The notes under the pieces were generated by a model. It did no database searches. It was not told where the DNA came from and was given only the letters and a program-made list of their open reading frames with translations. From Octopus vulgaris (lineage: Eukaryota), in contig OX597831.1 of the NCBI GenBank assembly GCA_951406725.2, forward strand, positions 8,060,001-8,124,000: DNA of 64,000 nucleotides, in the 5' to 3' direction. Made by a program: the position numbers and the translations under genes. Each line of letters opens with the position of its first letter. The stretch's first letter is position 1. Shown here in pieces: positions 12,001 through 26,047 of the stretch.

Positions 12001-12889
12001 TCAGCAAGAAGGAGGTCTTAAGACCATATCATTTATGTCTGTGCTCCTGCAACCAATCTGGGCCTTCCCCACAACTCATCTTTCTAACAACTTTCCCTCC
12101 ATCACTCTTCTGGCTTTGATACCATTCACTCAGCTGTTGTAGTTATATGAGAGCAGAGCTGCACATATTTCTTACCCCCACTTTTGTGCCCCCAGTCAGC
12201 CCCCTCCTTGGAACTGCTTCCTTTGTCGTTTCATCCATCTTATGTTCTGAGTTCAAATTCCGTTGAGGTTAATTTTTGCCTTTCACTATTTTGGGATGGC
12301 AGGGTCAATAAAATAAGTTGAACATTGGGGCTGCTGTAATCAATTAAAACCTTGCTCTGAAATTATTGGTCTTGTGCCCCACCCCCGTCACTGCTTGACA
12401 ACTGGTGTTGGTGTGTTTATGTCCCCATAACTTAGTGGCTCAGCAAAAGAGACTGGTAGAATAAGTACTAGGCTTAAAAAGTAAGTCCTGGCATCAATTT
12501 GTTTGACTAAAACCTTCAAGGTGGTGCCCCAGCATGGCCACAGTCAAATTACTGAAACAAGACAAAGATAAACAGTAAACGATTAGAGATGAAAGAAAAT
12601 GAAAATGATGAACGAATAACAAATTATCTCATCAACTTCATTAGCTTAATGAGCCAAATGGACTAATTTTTTAATTCCCTTGTCATTTTAATTTCTTATT
12701 ACCCGAGTCTCTACCTGACTCTACCCAACTCTACCCGACTCCCTACCCGACTCTCTACCCGTCTGATGCTTTATTCTAAAGCATACATATATTGAGTTCT
12801 AATGCCTAAGTGAAAAATAAAATGTGTATATATATATGTGTGTGTGTATGTGTGTATATATGTATGTGTGTGTGTATATATATATATCA

Positions 12890-14530
12890 TCATTATCATC
12901 ATCATCGTTTAATCTCTGTTTTTCATGCTGGCATGGGTTGGACGGTTCGACTGGGGTCTGGGAAGCCAGGAGGCTGCACCAAGCTCCAGTCTGATCTGAC
13001 AAAGTTTCTACAGCTAGATGCCCTTTCTAACGCCAACCACTCTGAGAGTGTAGTGGGTGCTTTTTACGTGCCAGCAGCACAGGGGCCAGTGGGGGCTGGC
13101 ATCGACCACGATTGGATGGTGCTTTTTATGTATCACTGGCATGGATGCCAGTCAAGGCAGGGCTGGCATCGGCCATTTTCAGATGGTGCTTTTTACGTGC
13201 CACCGGCACAGGAGCCAGTCGTGGTGAGGAGGATGGCATCAACCACGTTCGGGTGGTGCTTTTTACATGCCACCAGCACGGGGACCACAACTACAATTTC
13301 CATTTGATTGTGATTTGATTTGATTTTGAGCTGATGTACTTGACTCAATAGATCTCCTCGAGCACGGCATGTCACTCTACAATCCAAGGAATTTTTGAGT
13401 GGGCTGGTTATGCGACACTGGTGTGTGTTACAGCTATGAACTCACTTTATTTGCCAGGTCTTCTCAGTCACAGTATATCTCCAGAGGTCTCAGTCTTTTG
13501 TCAGTGCCTTTGTGAGGCCCAATGATCGAAGGTCATGCTTCACCACCTCATCCCATGTTTTCCTGGGTCTCCAGATTCATTCCACTGTTTGAGAGTGGCA
13601 CTTCTTCACACAGCTCTCTTCATCCATTCATAGTACATGACTATACAAATGCAAACGTCTCTTTTGCATGCCACAACCAATGCTTCTTATGTCCAACATT
13701 TCTCTCAGGGTGCTTACAGTCTGTTGTGTGTGCACACTGACATTACACATCCAGCGGATCATGCCAGCTTCATTTCTTTCGAGCCTACACATGTCTTCAG
13801 CAGTCACACCTCATGTTTCACTGCCATGAAGCATGGAAGTTCACATACATGCATCATATAATCTACCTTTCACTCTGAGCGGGAGACTCTTTGTCACCAG
13901 CAGTGGTAGGAGCTTTCTTAACTTTGCCCAGTCTATTCTTATTCTAGTGGTAACACTCTCTGAACATCCACCCCCACAACAGACTTGGTCACCTAGGTAG
14001 CAGAAGCTATCAACTACTTCTAGTTTCTCCCCGTGGCATGTAATGGAATCTGTCTTCTGAGCATCTGTGGTGTTTATTGCCCCTGTGCATCTGCTGCACA
14101 CGAAAGCTATCTTTCCGGTGAATCTTCCTTTGATGTTGCTGCACCTCTTATATGTCCATAGCTTACACTGGGTACAATTTATGGAGTTTCTACCTACACC
14201 TTTTCTACAGATCGAGCAGGGCCACCTACCTGAAGGGGTGTGTGGTGTGTTTGCCTTCCTACTTACTAGAACTTTAGTCTTTGCTACATTGACTATAAGG
14301 CCTTTTGATTCTAAACCTAGCTTCCACACCCGAAATTTCTTTTCTAGTTCTGGTAGTGATTCTGCTATGAGGGTCAGGTCATCAGCACAGAGGAGCTCCC
14401 AGGGGCAGCCTCTCTTGAATTCCTCTGTTATTGCCTGGAGGACTATGATGAATAAGAGGGGGCTGAGGGCTGATCCTTGGTGGACCCCTACTTCTACTCA
14501 GAATTCTTCACTCTACTTATTGCCAACCCT
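12890..14530 (-). mobile_element. 5'-truncated RTE-clade LINE (decayed reverse transcriptase through 3' tail)
   Basis: Minus strand: VHQGSALSPLLFIIVLQAITEEFKRGCPWELLCADDL (YADD mutated to CADD), GLIVNVAKTKVL, a Cys-rich insert, VVDSFCYLGDQV, RIRIDWAKLRKLLPLL, then a 3' UTR ending in (GAT)n. Confidence 0.93.
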
Positions 14531-14649
14531 ATCTATCTATCTATAAATAGATAGATAGATGTATAAATCTATGTATGTTTGTATATGTATGTATGTATGC
14601 ATGTATGTATCTCATCAACTTCATTCTGTGGCAATATCAAAGAATAATG

Positions 14650-15065
14650 TCAGGTCACTTTCGAGTGCTACTGGTAACATGTAACCCAGTACAACCTGTT
14701 GCATGGTCGGGTCGTCAGTGACTAAACCGGCAACCCCACCAAGCTTGCTTGGTGAGGAGGGTGGTTATTGGACACCCTGCGGGATGAAAAACAAAACCCG
14801 TCAAAGGGTGGAGGAACTCTTGAGAGTCAACGGCCATCCAATAAATGTCTTAAGGCTGTATCATGCACGGGGACATAGAAATAATCGGACTGAATACCTG
14901 ATCTCGCGGTTAAACCATTGGCAGTGAAGGACTCCTAGCCTTTGTTAGGGCATCCTTCTAGGAGAAGGTAACTCAGGTAACTGGGATAACTCTGACATAA
15001 AACCTGTGGCTCAGTGGTTACCGATGATGTTGACTTGTTTTTCTTTTCGGATTATGGCTGTTGTT
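14650..15065 (+). mobile_element. Probable RTE-type 5' UTR fragment
   Basis: GC-richer segment with gggcatccttctaggagaaggtaactc, resembling RTE 5'-UTR motifs. Assigned by pattern only. Confidence 0.45.
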
Positions 15066-15259
15066 GATTAGTGAGTGGGATTGACTCAGTGCACAGCCTT
15101 TCCTCACTTTAAGAAAATTTTCTTGCATTGCACGATAACAACATTGATTAAGCTTTGTGCAATGGCCATACTGGATAACGAGGGTGCAGCCACCATGTAT
15201 GCATGTATGCATGTATACAGGTATGTATGTATATGTATACATGTGTGTATGTTTGTGTG

Positions 15260-15490
15260 TACCATTGTCTTCACATCATGTGATGGTTATAAGTGAGAAA
15301 GTTGTTTGCTTTCCATCTTCTGTGAGGAAAAGAATTAAACATGTCTGGTCATGGGAAATATTACCTTGCTTGGAAACAGGTGAGGGTTAGCGACAGGAAG
15401 GGCATCCAGACATAGGAAATCTGCCTCAACAAATTTCATCTGACCCATGCAAGCACGGAAAAGAGGACATTAAATAATAATGATAATGAT
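15260..15490 (+). mobile_element. SINE body family C with RTE-like tail (also 47380-47585 +, 55370-55590 +, 62410-62615 -)
   Basis: Recurrent tggtcatgggaaatattaccttgcttggaaacaggtgagggtt...ggaagggcatcc...acccatgcaagca...(gat)n. Confidence 0.75.
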
Positions 15491-15936
15491 GAGGATGATG
15501 GCCGTGATAGTGGTGGTGGTGATTATGATGATGGCGATGATATTTAGTGTCTCACCCAGACAGCAAACCCCATCACAACGGATGTGGATTATAATGACGG
15601 CTGACTTTATAATTTTCTTGTTGTTGATAGTTTTTAATGTGTTTCTTTAAAACAACATTAACTGTAATCAATTTCAAGTAATCAATTTATTAGTCATTAG
15701 TAGATTAATTATTGGTTCATCTATTTTTCATATAAGACAGGAAAGCATATTAAAATTGTTTTCGTTCTATTTTCTCTTTTTTTACTTTTGCTCTCAAAAG
15801 AATCTTTATTATAAGTGACTTGAGATGTTAGATTGTTTACAAATTTAACATTTAATGATTTTAACTGCTAGTTCTATGACCATAGACAGACTGTTTCTAT
15901 GTATTGTGTATCTTCAGTAGATAGTTAGTTAATTAA

Positions 15937-16337
15937 ATTCTTTTCTGCATGTGGCACAAGGCCCGAAATTTTGGGGGAGGGGGCCAGTTGTTTAGATCGA
16001 CCCCCCAGCACTCAACTGGTACTTAATTTATCGACACCAAAAGGATGAAAGGCAAAGTCAACCTTGGCGGAATTTGAACTCAGAATGTAAAGACGAACAA
16101 AATACCTATTTCTTTACTACCCACAAGGGGCTAAACACAGAGAGGACAAACAAGGACAGACAAATGGATTAAGTCGATTATATCGACCCCAGTGTGTAAC
16201 TGGTACTTATTTAATCGACCCTGAAAAGATGAAAGGCAAAGTTGACCTTGGTGGAATTTGAACTCAGAACGTAGTGGCAGATGAAATACTGCTAAGCATT
16301 TCACCTGGCATGCTAATGTTTCTGCCAGCTTGCCACC
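15937..16337 (-). mobile_element. Dimeric tRNA-headed SINE, family B, with 12-bp target-site duplication
   Basis: Two tandem ctggtact..atcgac..gatgaaaggcaaagt..gaatttgaactcagaa units. TSD ttagttaattaa at 15925-15936 and 16338-16349. Confidence 0.85.
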
Positions 16338-16671
16338 TTAGTTAATTAATTATATTAAACAAGAAATTGTTTTTATTTTAAACCAGAAGAATACGAAGAA
16401 ACAAAGAAGGAAAGGGAAAAATGTTCAAGTCACCCATCATTGTCATCATCATCATCATCATCAATGTTTTCACAAGCACTTTTTTTTTCATATTGATATG
16501 GGTTGGATGAAACTTCCTCGCGCAGTATTCTACAACTAGAAGACCTTCCTGAGGTCAGACTTCACTTTTTTTCAAAGTGTGTACCTTATTCCATTTCTTC
16601 ATGCACACAGGCACACACACATGTTCACGTGCACACACATGCACGCATACGCACACACACACACACACACA

Positions 16672-16826
16672 GAGGCATGGCTGTGTGGCTAAGAAGCTTG
16701 GTTTGCAACCATGTGGTTTCAGGTTCAGTCCCTCTGCATGGACCCTGGGCAAGTTTCTTCTACTATAGTTCTGAGCTGACCAATGCCTTAAGAGGAAATT
16801 TGGTAGAAGGACCCTGAAAGAAACCT

Positions 16827-16885
<59 letters not shown>

Positions 16886-17092
16886 GTTGTGTGTTTTCCC
16901 CCACCAACTCTTAGCAACTGGTGTTGGTTTGTTTACATCCTTGTAACTTAATGGTTTAGCAAAAGGGGCCAATAGAGTAAGTACTAGACTTAAAAACTAA
17001 TTACTGTGGTTGAGTTGTTTGGCAAAAACCTTAGATGATGGTGCTCCAGCATGGGCATAGTGCACTGACTGAAACAAGTGAAATATAAAGGA
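16672..17092 (+). mobile_element. SINE family A copy
   Basis: Head ggcatggctgtgtggctaagaagc...ggttcagtccc, internal (TA)n, tail gtgctccagcatgg...gactgaaacaag. Confidence 0.85.
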
Positions 17093-18181
17093 TGAAAGCC
17101 ACGACAGGCTTCAATAGTTTCTGTCAACCAAATTCTATTCTCGTGGCACTGATCAACCCTAGCAGAAAATAAGTGACATGCAATAGGATTGAACCCAGAA
17201 CCGTGCGGTTGTGAACTAAATTTCTTAACTACACAACCTTGCCGACACCAACCCATACTTTTGCAAATAGACAGAACCTCTGCTGTGAAGTGGCTGCCAT
17301 GATTATATTCAGTTGCTTATTGTCAGTTCCACCTCAGTGTTGATGCTTCGACAAAATTCCAGAATATCTTTTCATGACTTGGTGAGAGAAAGAGAGAGAG
17401 TGAGGGAGAGAGAGAGTGAAAGAGATAGAGAGGGAGAGACGGAGCTTATGATTTTTGCTCTATCAAAGTGTTTAAAGAATATCTCCAAAATCAAAAACTG
17501 GAATATGCTTGTTGTACATATTTTGTCGCTCCATTAATTAGGAGTCTTAATATCAAAATTCTTTCATAGCAGCAAGCAAAACCACTTCATTTATCCATAC
17601 CTTGAGTATATTTCTAACATATCACATCAATTCGTGAAACAAAATTAAACTTTTTTTAAAGTTACATGTAAAATTTATTTTATGTTGAATTTTTAGGTAA
17701 AACAAAAACACAAAAAAAAAAAGAAGAAAATTTACATTCAATTCTAAAATTGAATTAAGCTTTATTTACAGAAAGTATTTATCTTTAAAGCATATTTATC
17801 AGTCAACATATATATGCATCTATAGGCAGGCATAAACAATTTCACACTCCACTACACATATAATTCGCTTAAACATATGCAAAGATGCATTTGGAGATAG
17901 AGACCGAGACACAGGCCTTCTAAGCACACACACACACACACACACACACACCTGTAATGCCAGTCCTTGCTCCAACGCACTAGACACATTCATATACAGC
18001 TAATCTAATAGTAAAAAGCTGAGTTTGTGAAATTAGTGAAATGTCTGGAGTATTACATAGGTGAGATTTCTCACTTTGATAATTCAGATAATTCAATCAA
18101 AAGAACAGTGCAAAACCATATTGTAATAGAAATGAAATTATCTGGCATTTGTTTTGTCTTTGTAATGTGTATTTGTTATTC

Positions 18182-18226
<45 letters not shown>

Positions 18227-18228
18227 TC

Positions 18229-18267
<39 letters not shown>

Positions 18268-18280
18268 CATATATATATAT

Positions 18281-18316
<36 letters not shown>

Positions 18317-18468
18317 GTATATGTATGTATGTATGTATATGTGTGTGTATAATATAAAAATATAATATATAATATATAAATATAATATATATATTATATG
18401 TATTACATATATATTTTACACACACATACACCTATATATATCTGTATCTTTATATGTGTGTGTATCTT

Positions 18469-18514
<46 letters not shown>

Positions 18515-18580
18515 CATACACACACACACACACACATATGTATATGTACATTTGCTCAACCACTTATATATATGTATGTA

Positions 18581-18642
<62 letters not shown>

Positions 18643-18671
18643 GAAACACATATTGTGTATATGTGTGTGTA

Positions 18672-18721
<50 letters not shown>

Positions 18722-19043
18722 TGTATTGCCATGTGTATGTGTGTGTGTGCATTTGCATGTATGTATGTATTATCATGTAGGATACTTCTCACATTCTCAA
18801 AAATTATGCTATGATGTTTTACTTTGGTAAGGCGGAGAGATGGAGGAGGCTGAAGTTACATTTTGCATTCTGCTCATCTAGTTTTCTTTTTCAAAGATAT
18901 TGAATTTCAAATTAATATATTGGTATTTTATATACTGCCATAGATAATACAGCTATCTGTTGAGAATTTTAAGATTTTTGTTTTTTTTCTTCTTTTTTGT
19001 TCTCTATGCAATGCAATGTCTATTTTCAGGTACATATATACAT

Positions 19044-19125
<82 letters not shown>

Positions 19126-19190
19126 GTGTGTGTGTGTACATACATACACATATATACATACATACATATGTGTGTGTCTGTCTGTCTGTG

Positions 19191-19240
<50 letters not shown>

Positions 19241-19918
19241 CTGTATAATTTATGTGTGTGAGCGGATGTTTGTATGTGTATGTATGTGTATGTAAGTAAA
19301 TATATATGCTTGTGTGCAGACATGTATATATGTTCGTGTATGTATTAATGTATATATGTATGTAAACATGTGTGTGTGTGTGTGTGTGTATCCGTCCTTA
19401 TTTTGGGGTAGGCTCACTTGTTGGTTTAATTCTCTCTTGTTAATTTTTTACTTTTTCTATAATTAATTTATATTGCAATTAGTGAGCAGCAGAGTCATTT
19501 GTTGTTTCCAATGGGCTAATAAATGATTAACTGTCTTTGTAACTGTAAAAGTGACATGGGAGTTTCTGTTACTCAATGCAGAACACATATAACAAAGGAC
19601 TTTAAACAATGTGCACAAGTTTTTCAGTTTTCTTGCTGTTGCTTACATCTTTTGCCAAAGTACACTGCTACAGAATGTTCACATGCACACACACACACAC
19701 AGGCATACAAACATATGTATGTGTATATATATATATATATATATGTATGTATATATATATACGATGGGCTTCTTTTAATTTCTGTCTACCAAATCCACTC
19801 ACAAGGCTTTGGTCAGCCTGTAGCTATAGTAGAAGACACTTGCCCCCAAGGTGCCATGCAGTGGGACTGAACCTGGAACCATGTGGTTGGGAAACAAGCT
19901 TCTTACCACACTGTCATG

Positions 19919-19975
<57 letters not shown>

Positions 19976-20333
19976 GCACACACACACATACAAGCATCTC
20001 TACTTTATGAAAGAGAGAGAGAGTGAGATGGATATATATATATATATGTATGATGGGCTTCCCCACAGTTTCTATCTACCAAATTCTCTCACAAAGAATT
20101 GGTTGACCCAGGGCTATAGTATGAAACACTTGCTGAAGGTGTTGCACAGTGGGACTGAACCCAAAACACCTGGTTGCAAAGCTAGCTTCTTAACCACACA
20201 GCCAAGCCTGTCTGAAGTCTGTGAATGGTCAGAAGGTTCCAATGAATTTTTAAATTCTCCAAGAGAGTGAATTAGTTGTTCCTGATTCACTGCAGAGTTT
20301 ATTGATTTGTAGGTATGACTAAGCGCTTCATGT

Positions 20334-20392
<59 letters not shown>

Positions 20393-20487
20393 GTAAGTGT
20401 GTGTGTGTGTGTGTGTGTGTTGTAAGTGTGTGTGTGTGTGTGTTGTAAGTGTGTGTGTATGCATGTGTTTATTTTTTTTTTAGTGAA

Positions 20488-20805
20488 GGGCGTGGTCTGG
20501 TGGTTAATGTGTTTGGCTCACAATTGTAAGGTCGTCAGTTCAATCCCTGGTGGCACTTTATGTTCTTCAGCAAGACACTTTATTTTTGATCTTACTCCAG
20601 TCCACTCGGCTGGCATAAATGAGTTTTACCCGTATTTCAAATATCCAGCCTTGTCACATTCAATGTCATGCTGAATCTGCCCAAGAACAATGTGAAGGCT
20701 GGGTGTGGCTGCAGTGCACTCAGCCACTTGCACCTTAATTTCACGGGCAAGCTGTTCTGTTGATCAGATCAACTGGAACCCTCGTTGTCGTAACAGACAG
20801 AGCAT
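20488..20805 (+). mobile_element. tRNA-headed SINE, family D (second copy 59230-59510)
   Basis: Head with gttcaatccctg B-box. Body cacttgcaccttaatttcacg...tcaactggaaccct is shared with 59230-59510. Confidence 0.7.
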
Positions 20806-21295
20806 AGGTTATGTTTTATTCTTTTATTCTTTCACCTGTTTCAGTCATTAGACTGTGGCCATGCTGGAGCACCACTTTGAAAACTTTTAGTCAAATTGAT
20901 CAACTCCAGTACTTAGGTTTCTTTTGATAGGACCAGGCAAGCTGGACCAGATCCCAATTTTCTGTTTGGGCATGGTTTCATTGGATTTTATTTATTCTAT
21001 CATTCTCTTTTGTTGAACTCCAAAGTTACAGGGACATAAACGAACCAACAATGGTTGTCAAGTGGTGGTGGTTGGGGGGTGGGGTGGAGACAAACACAGG
21101 CAGAAAGACACCCACATACTTATGTACTCCTGTACTTTCAAATTGGTTGAACATTTCATGAGAGACAACACCCTTCGTATCACACCAAACACAGAACATA
21201 ACACCACCACCACCACCACCACCACTACCACCACCACCACTACCACCACCACCACCAACACCACCACCACCACCACTACCACCACCACCACCACC

Positions 21296-21329
<34 letters not shown>

Positions 21330-21502
21330 TTTCCCTGCTTGCATGGATTGGACAGATTATTTCCAAATTAGCATCTTGCTCACTGTTTGCTACATTTCTT
21401 TCTCATCAGCTTTCACCTCTTCTGTCTGTGTGTATATATGTATGTATATATGTATGTATGTATATATATATATATGAATGAATGCTTATATATACATATA
21501 TG

Positions 21503-22782
21503 TATTGCGTCATCCCATAAATAATGCAGTTTTTTCAATTACATGAACTAAAAGTCAGAGGTGGGGGGATAAACTACCTGCATCAACTTGCTATCAAAGC
21601 AGGTAGTAATTTTACCTTGAACTTATTCTTAGTGCAAGTTTTGAAGAGTGCAGTTCAATTTTAACAGTTATTTTTTGAAAGCTATAATGGAAGCGATAAA
21701 AGAGCAGAATCGGTATATTTTGCTTCATGAGTACAATAAAGGTAACAATGCAGAAAGTGCAAGGAATATTAAAGCAGTATATGGAGATTGGACAATAAGC
21801 ATAAGCAGTGTCTGCTGTGGTTCCAGAAATTCCAGATTGGAAACTACAGCCTAGAAGATGAACTTCATCCTTGAAGATCTGTAGAGCTTGACGAGGATGT
21901 CCTGCAAACCCTGGTGGAACAAAATCTCAATGTAACTGTTGAGGAACTTGGATTTGGTCATTCAATCATTCATCGAGACCTGTGTTCCATCAGAAAAGTC
22001 AGTAAATTGGATCAATGGGTTCCTCTCAAACTTTCTGAGTCTAATCATGTGCAGAGTGAATGTGTGCTCTTCTTTGCTGTCATGTCTCACGAATGAACCG
22101 TTTTTGGACTGAATAGTGATTGGTAATGAGAAAGGGGTTCTCTTTAAGAATGTCAAGCACTGAAGATAGTGGGTAGAGAAAGGAGAAACATCAGCACCCC
22201 AGGCTAAAGAAGGGTCTTCACCCACATAAGGTGTTGTTATCTGTTTTGTGAGTTATGAAAAGTTTAGTCCACTTTGAACTTTAAAACCCAAACCAAACAA
22301 TAACAAAGGAGATCTACTGTGAGCAGCTTGAGTGGCTTAAGTCAGCGCTAAAAGAAAAGCGACTGTCTTAGGTTTCAAGATGAAAGATGTTCTTTCATCA
22401 GGATAATGCTTGGCAACATAGAGTGAGGATGACATTCGAAAGGCTGGAGCCATTTGAATGGGAAATGATGCCCCACACACCATATCCACTGGACATTGTC
22501 CCATCTGATTATCATTTATTCTGCAGGCTTCAAAATCATTTGGACAGAAAAGCATGAATTCTGTAGAGGAGGCCAGAACAGTACTGGAGGAGTATTTTTC
22601 GTCACGGAGACAAGTGAATTTTGGAAGAGAGACCTTGCAAGTCTAACCAGATATATGAAAGAGCATTGTAGAAAATGAAGGAGAGTATATTTTAGATTAA
22701 AAAAGAATTTCGTTTATCTTAATTCTGAAAAATAAAAGAAGTATAAAAAAAACCCCAGCATTATTTATGGGATGACCCAATA
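21503..22782 (+). mobile_element. Decayed full-length mariner element
   Basis: TA-flanked TIRs tattgcgtcatcccataaataatgc / gcattatttatgggatgacccaata, 1.28 kb. Transposase starts at ATG 21687 (MEAIKEQNRYILLHEYNKG) with WVPLKLSE, IVIGNEK, HQDNA and PSDYHLF motifs plus many stops and frameshifts. Confidence 0.95.
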
Positions 22783-23078
22783 TATATATATTTTTCTCTC
22801 CTTGTTTTTTGTGTGTCCCTTTCTGTAGAAGAGTATAGGCTCGAAACAAAAGACTTTTTCTATTTCTGAGCGTTATACTAATACATCTGTTTGTTTTGTA
22901 CACCACTTGTCTTCGTCTTTTGTTTTTTCGTAAACTCTCCCTATATATATATATATATATATATACATGCATACATACACACACACATACATGCATATTC
23001 AGTCTATTAAATTCTACTAACAAGGTTGACCACTACTTTGTAAGTGGAATTTAATAAACAGAAAGAGAGTATGTAACC

Positions 23079-23113
<35 letters not shown>

Positions 23114-24008
23114 TAAGCAGAGGAGGGGGAAATATGATAGATAAAAGCACAAGAGTAGTTATCAGTATCAGGAGGCAGTGTGTGAAATGAAATCCATATG
23201 TTGCTCTGCCGACTCATCGAGGAAGGTAGTTATCAGCTTATCCTGACCAGGTGATCTAATTAGTAACGAAGGTGATTGTTGTGAAATGGTATTATTGAAA
23301 TTTCGAGTAAGGAACGGAACAGATGAAAGAGGTTCATCTTGTCAATTAACGATTTCATTTGCGCTGTTGGAAACATCAACTGCATGGAATGTGTGTGGAA
23401 ATGGTGATGCAACATGGACACCGAGGAGAGGAAAGCTTGTAAAGACTGCAGAGAAACGAAGCAAGTGTGAGCCATTGGATGTGTCATATTAATCAGCATG
23501 AAAAGCAAATCACAAACGGAGAGATTCTAACGACACCAGAAACATCAGATGAGGAGGCATGGTCTACTTTCAGTTGTTTTCTGAATTTATTCAATTTTGT
23601 TGGTCAGTTTTTGTTTCAACTCGACTGACTTTCAGTTTAAATCTATTTATTTCCTTTGTCCCGATATTGTTTTTCGTTGTTTCATGTTTGATTATGAATG
23701 TGCTTCTCACAATGTTTATTATGTTTTGTCATGTGGTACTTGTGACACTCTATGTAACCTTAGAAAATACACTTCCATTACATCTGAACTCTAACAGCTG
23801 ATCCAGCACGTGACTGACACTTCATTGACACACCAAAATAACAGTTTGTGGCTGGAATTGATTCGGAATGCGATCTACAGGAAAAACAACAGCTAAGTTA
23901 GTGCTAACATCTTTCATACAGGGAGCATTAAAAAGCTAACTAAAAATAGTTATACAGTGAAGGAATAACATCATCATTGTCGTCGTCATCATCACCATTG
24001 TCATCACC

Positions 24009-24042
<34 letters not shown>

Positions 24043-24884
24043 TTGTCAGCATCAATTAACAACTGCTTCCCATGCCAACATGGGTTGGACTGTCTGAAAG
24101 GTGTTGGTAAGCCAGAAGGACTGTGTCAACCTCCACTGTCTGCTTTGGCATCATTTCTATGACTGGATGCCTTTCCTAATGCCAACCACTTCACAGAGTG
24201 TGCTGGATGCTTTTTGTGTGGCAACCTCCTCCTCCTCCTCCTCCTCCTCCTCCTCCTCCTCATCATCATCATCATAGGTTGGCCAGTTTTGACAAGATCC
24301 AATTAGTCCAAGAGCCACATTGTGCTCCAATGTCTTGCTTTGGCATGATTCCTGTGGCTGGGTGTGCCTCCTAACAGCATGGACTGGGTGCCTTTTATTA
24401 GCCATCACTACAATTGAGGTTGCCATGCAGCTCACAAAACTACAAACCCTGGGGGAGTGGGGATTAGCTTTATGGTAGGGGATAAGAGGTTACAGTATGA
24501 AAGCAGGGACAAGGCAGAGCAGGTTCTCGTGGAGGAGCTGCATGGTTACTCACATATAGAAGAGAAGGAGAGAATGATGATGAGGTGCTGCAAATATTAA
24601 TTTTCAAAATAAAAATATTTATTTAATGAAAATAAAATTAAAACAAACTTCTTATTTGTTTGTATATTGGCAATAAATATATGTTATCAATAACAATATT
24701 ACTGTTTACCTATCAATTAATGACAGACATAACATTATCTGATACTACTAACTGTACTAAAAACATGTCCTGAAATTATCTGTTTTATGACATTGTAACC
24801 TAAGGAGATAAATCCTATGAGATTGGTATTGTCTCTGCTTGAATGATCGATAGAGAGAAATAGAGACACAGCCAATTATATTGG

Positions 24885-25092
24885 TTCAAATTTTGGCACA
24901 AGGCCAGCAATTTCAGAGGAGGGATTAAGTCGATTACATTGACCCCAGTGCTCAACTGGTACTTATTTTGACCTCAAAAGGATGAAAGGCAAAGCTGACC
25001 TTGGCAGGATTTGAACTCAGAATGTGAAGACAGACGAAATGCTGCTAAGCATTTTGCCCAATGTGCTAACGATTCTGCCAGTTCAACACCTT
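24885..25092 (-). mobile_element. SINE family B copy
   Basis: ggcacaaggcc...gaccccagtgctcaactggtac...gatgaaaggcaaag...gctaacgattctgccag. Confidence 0.8.
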
Positions 25093-26012
25093 CACACAAT
25101 TACATTAACAGGTATTACAGAAGAGAACTGTGTGCACTTCTAGGAATCAGACACTTGATGTTTTAGGAGATCAAACTGATTGAAATTTTGTTTTGATGCA
25201 CATATTTAATCAGTTTTTAACTTGGAAGATAAGGTTTATAAGCTGGAAAATTATAATAATCATATAATATATTAAAAATATATATAAAAGGAAAGACAAA
25301 AAATACATTTGAAGGAAATACAGTAAAATGTAATAAAATATTTTGAAGTAGGAGATAGAGTTCATTTTAAAAATTACAAAAATGGTAAAGAAGGTTGGGA
25401 GGATGGCTGTGTAATTAAAAGATTAGGTAACATGATGTTTTAAATTAAAGGACAACATAAGAGACACCTTAGCCAGTTAAAGATGAAACATACAGAAGAA
25501 CGAAAGGTAATACCAATGTTAGTCTTCTATGATATGTTTGAAGTGCCAACACTGGGAAATATTGGACCCTGTAGAACTATAGCTTCAGAAAACAAAATCA
25601 GACTGAATATCTGGAAAAAATATCTAAATGAAAAAGATATTAAATTAAAAAAAAAAAAAAAACCAAGATTACTAACAAGAGTGCTTAGTACAACCAAAAA
25701 GGAAAAGTGCTGTGTGCAATGAACAATACTACCTTAAAGAAAATAATAGAAATTCCACTTTCTAACAGTAGTCAAAATATCAAAAGGGGAGATGCTGTGA
25801 TGAGAGTTACGATGCCTCCTTGCGAGAGATAGACTCATCTGAGTAAAGTATAAATAGTAATGATCCGAGTGAGTTCAGAGTTTGGAGTTGAGTGAAGTTT
25901 GTGTTAGTTTGCAGGAAAGTTGGAAGGTTCACAAGGAATATTGATTGTTGCTTCAGCTTCAATCTTCTTCCAGGTCACTGTTCTTATTTTGTTCAACATT
26001 TACCCTGCATTG

Positions 26013-26047
<35 letters not shown>

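Noticed and set aside
13060-13290. Repeated tgctttttacgtgccaccggcac units with variable spacers, superficially CRISPR-like (also 10570-10730, 52225-52370)
   Set aside because: Degenerate subrepeats of the RTE 3' UTR, with related spacers, no cas genes and a eukaryotic context.
23160-23560. Coding-like segment, possibly a Penelope ORF N-terminus on the minus strand
   Set aside because: No diagnostic motif and it contains stops; needs a repeat-library search.
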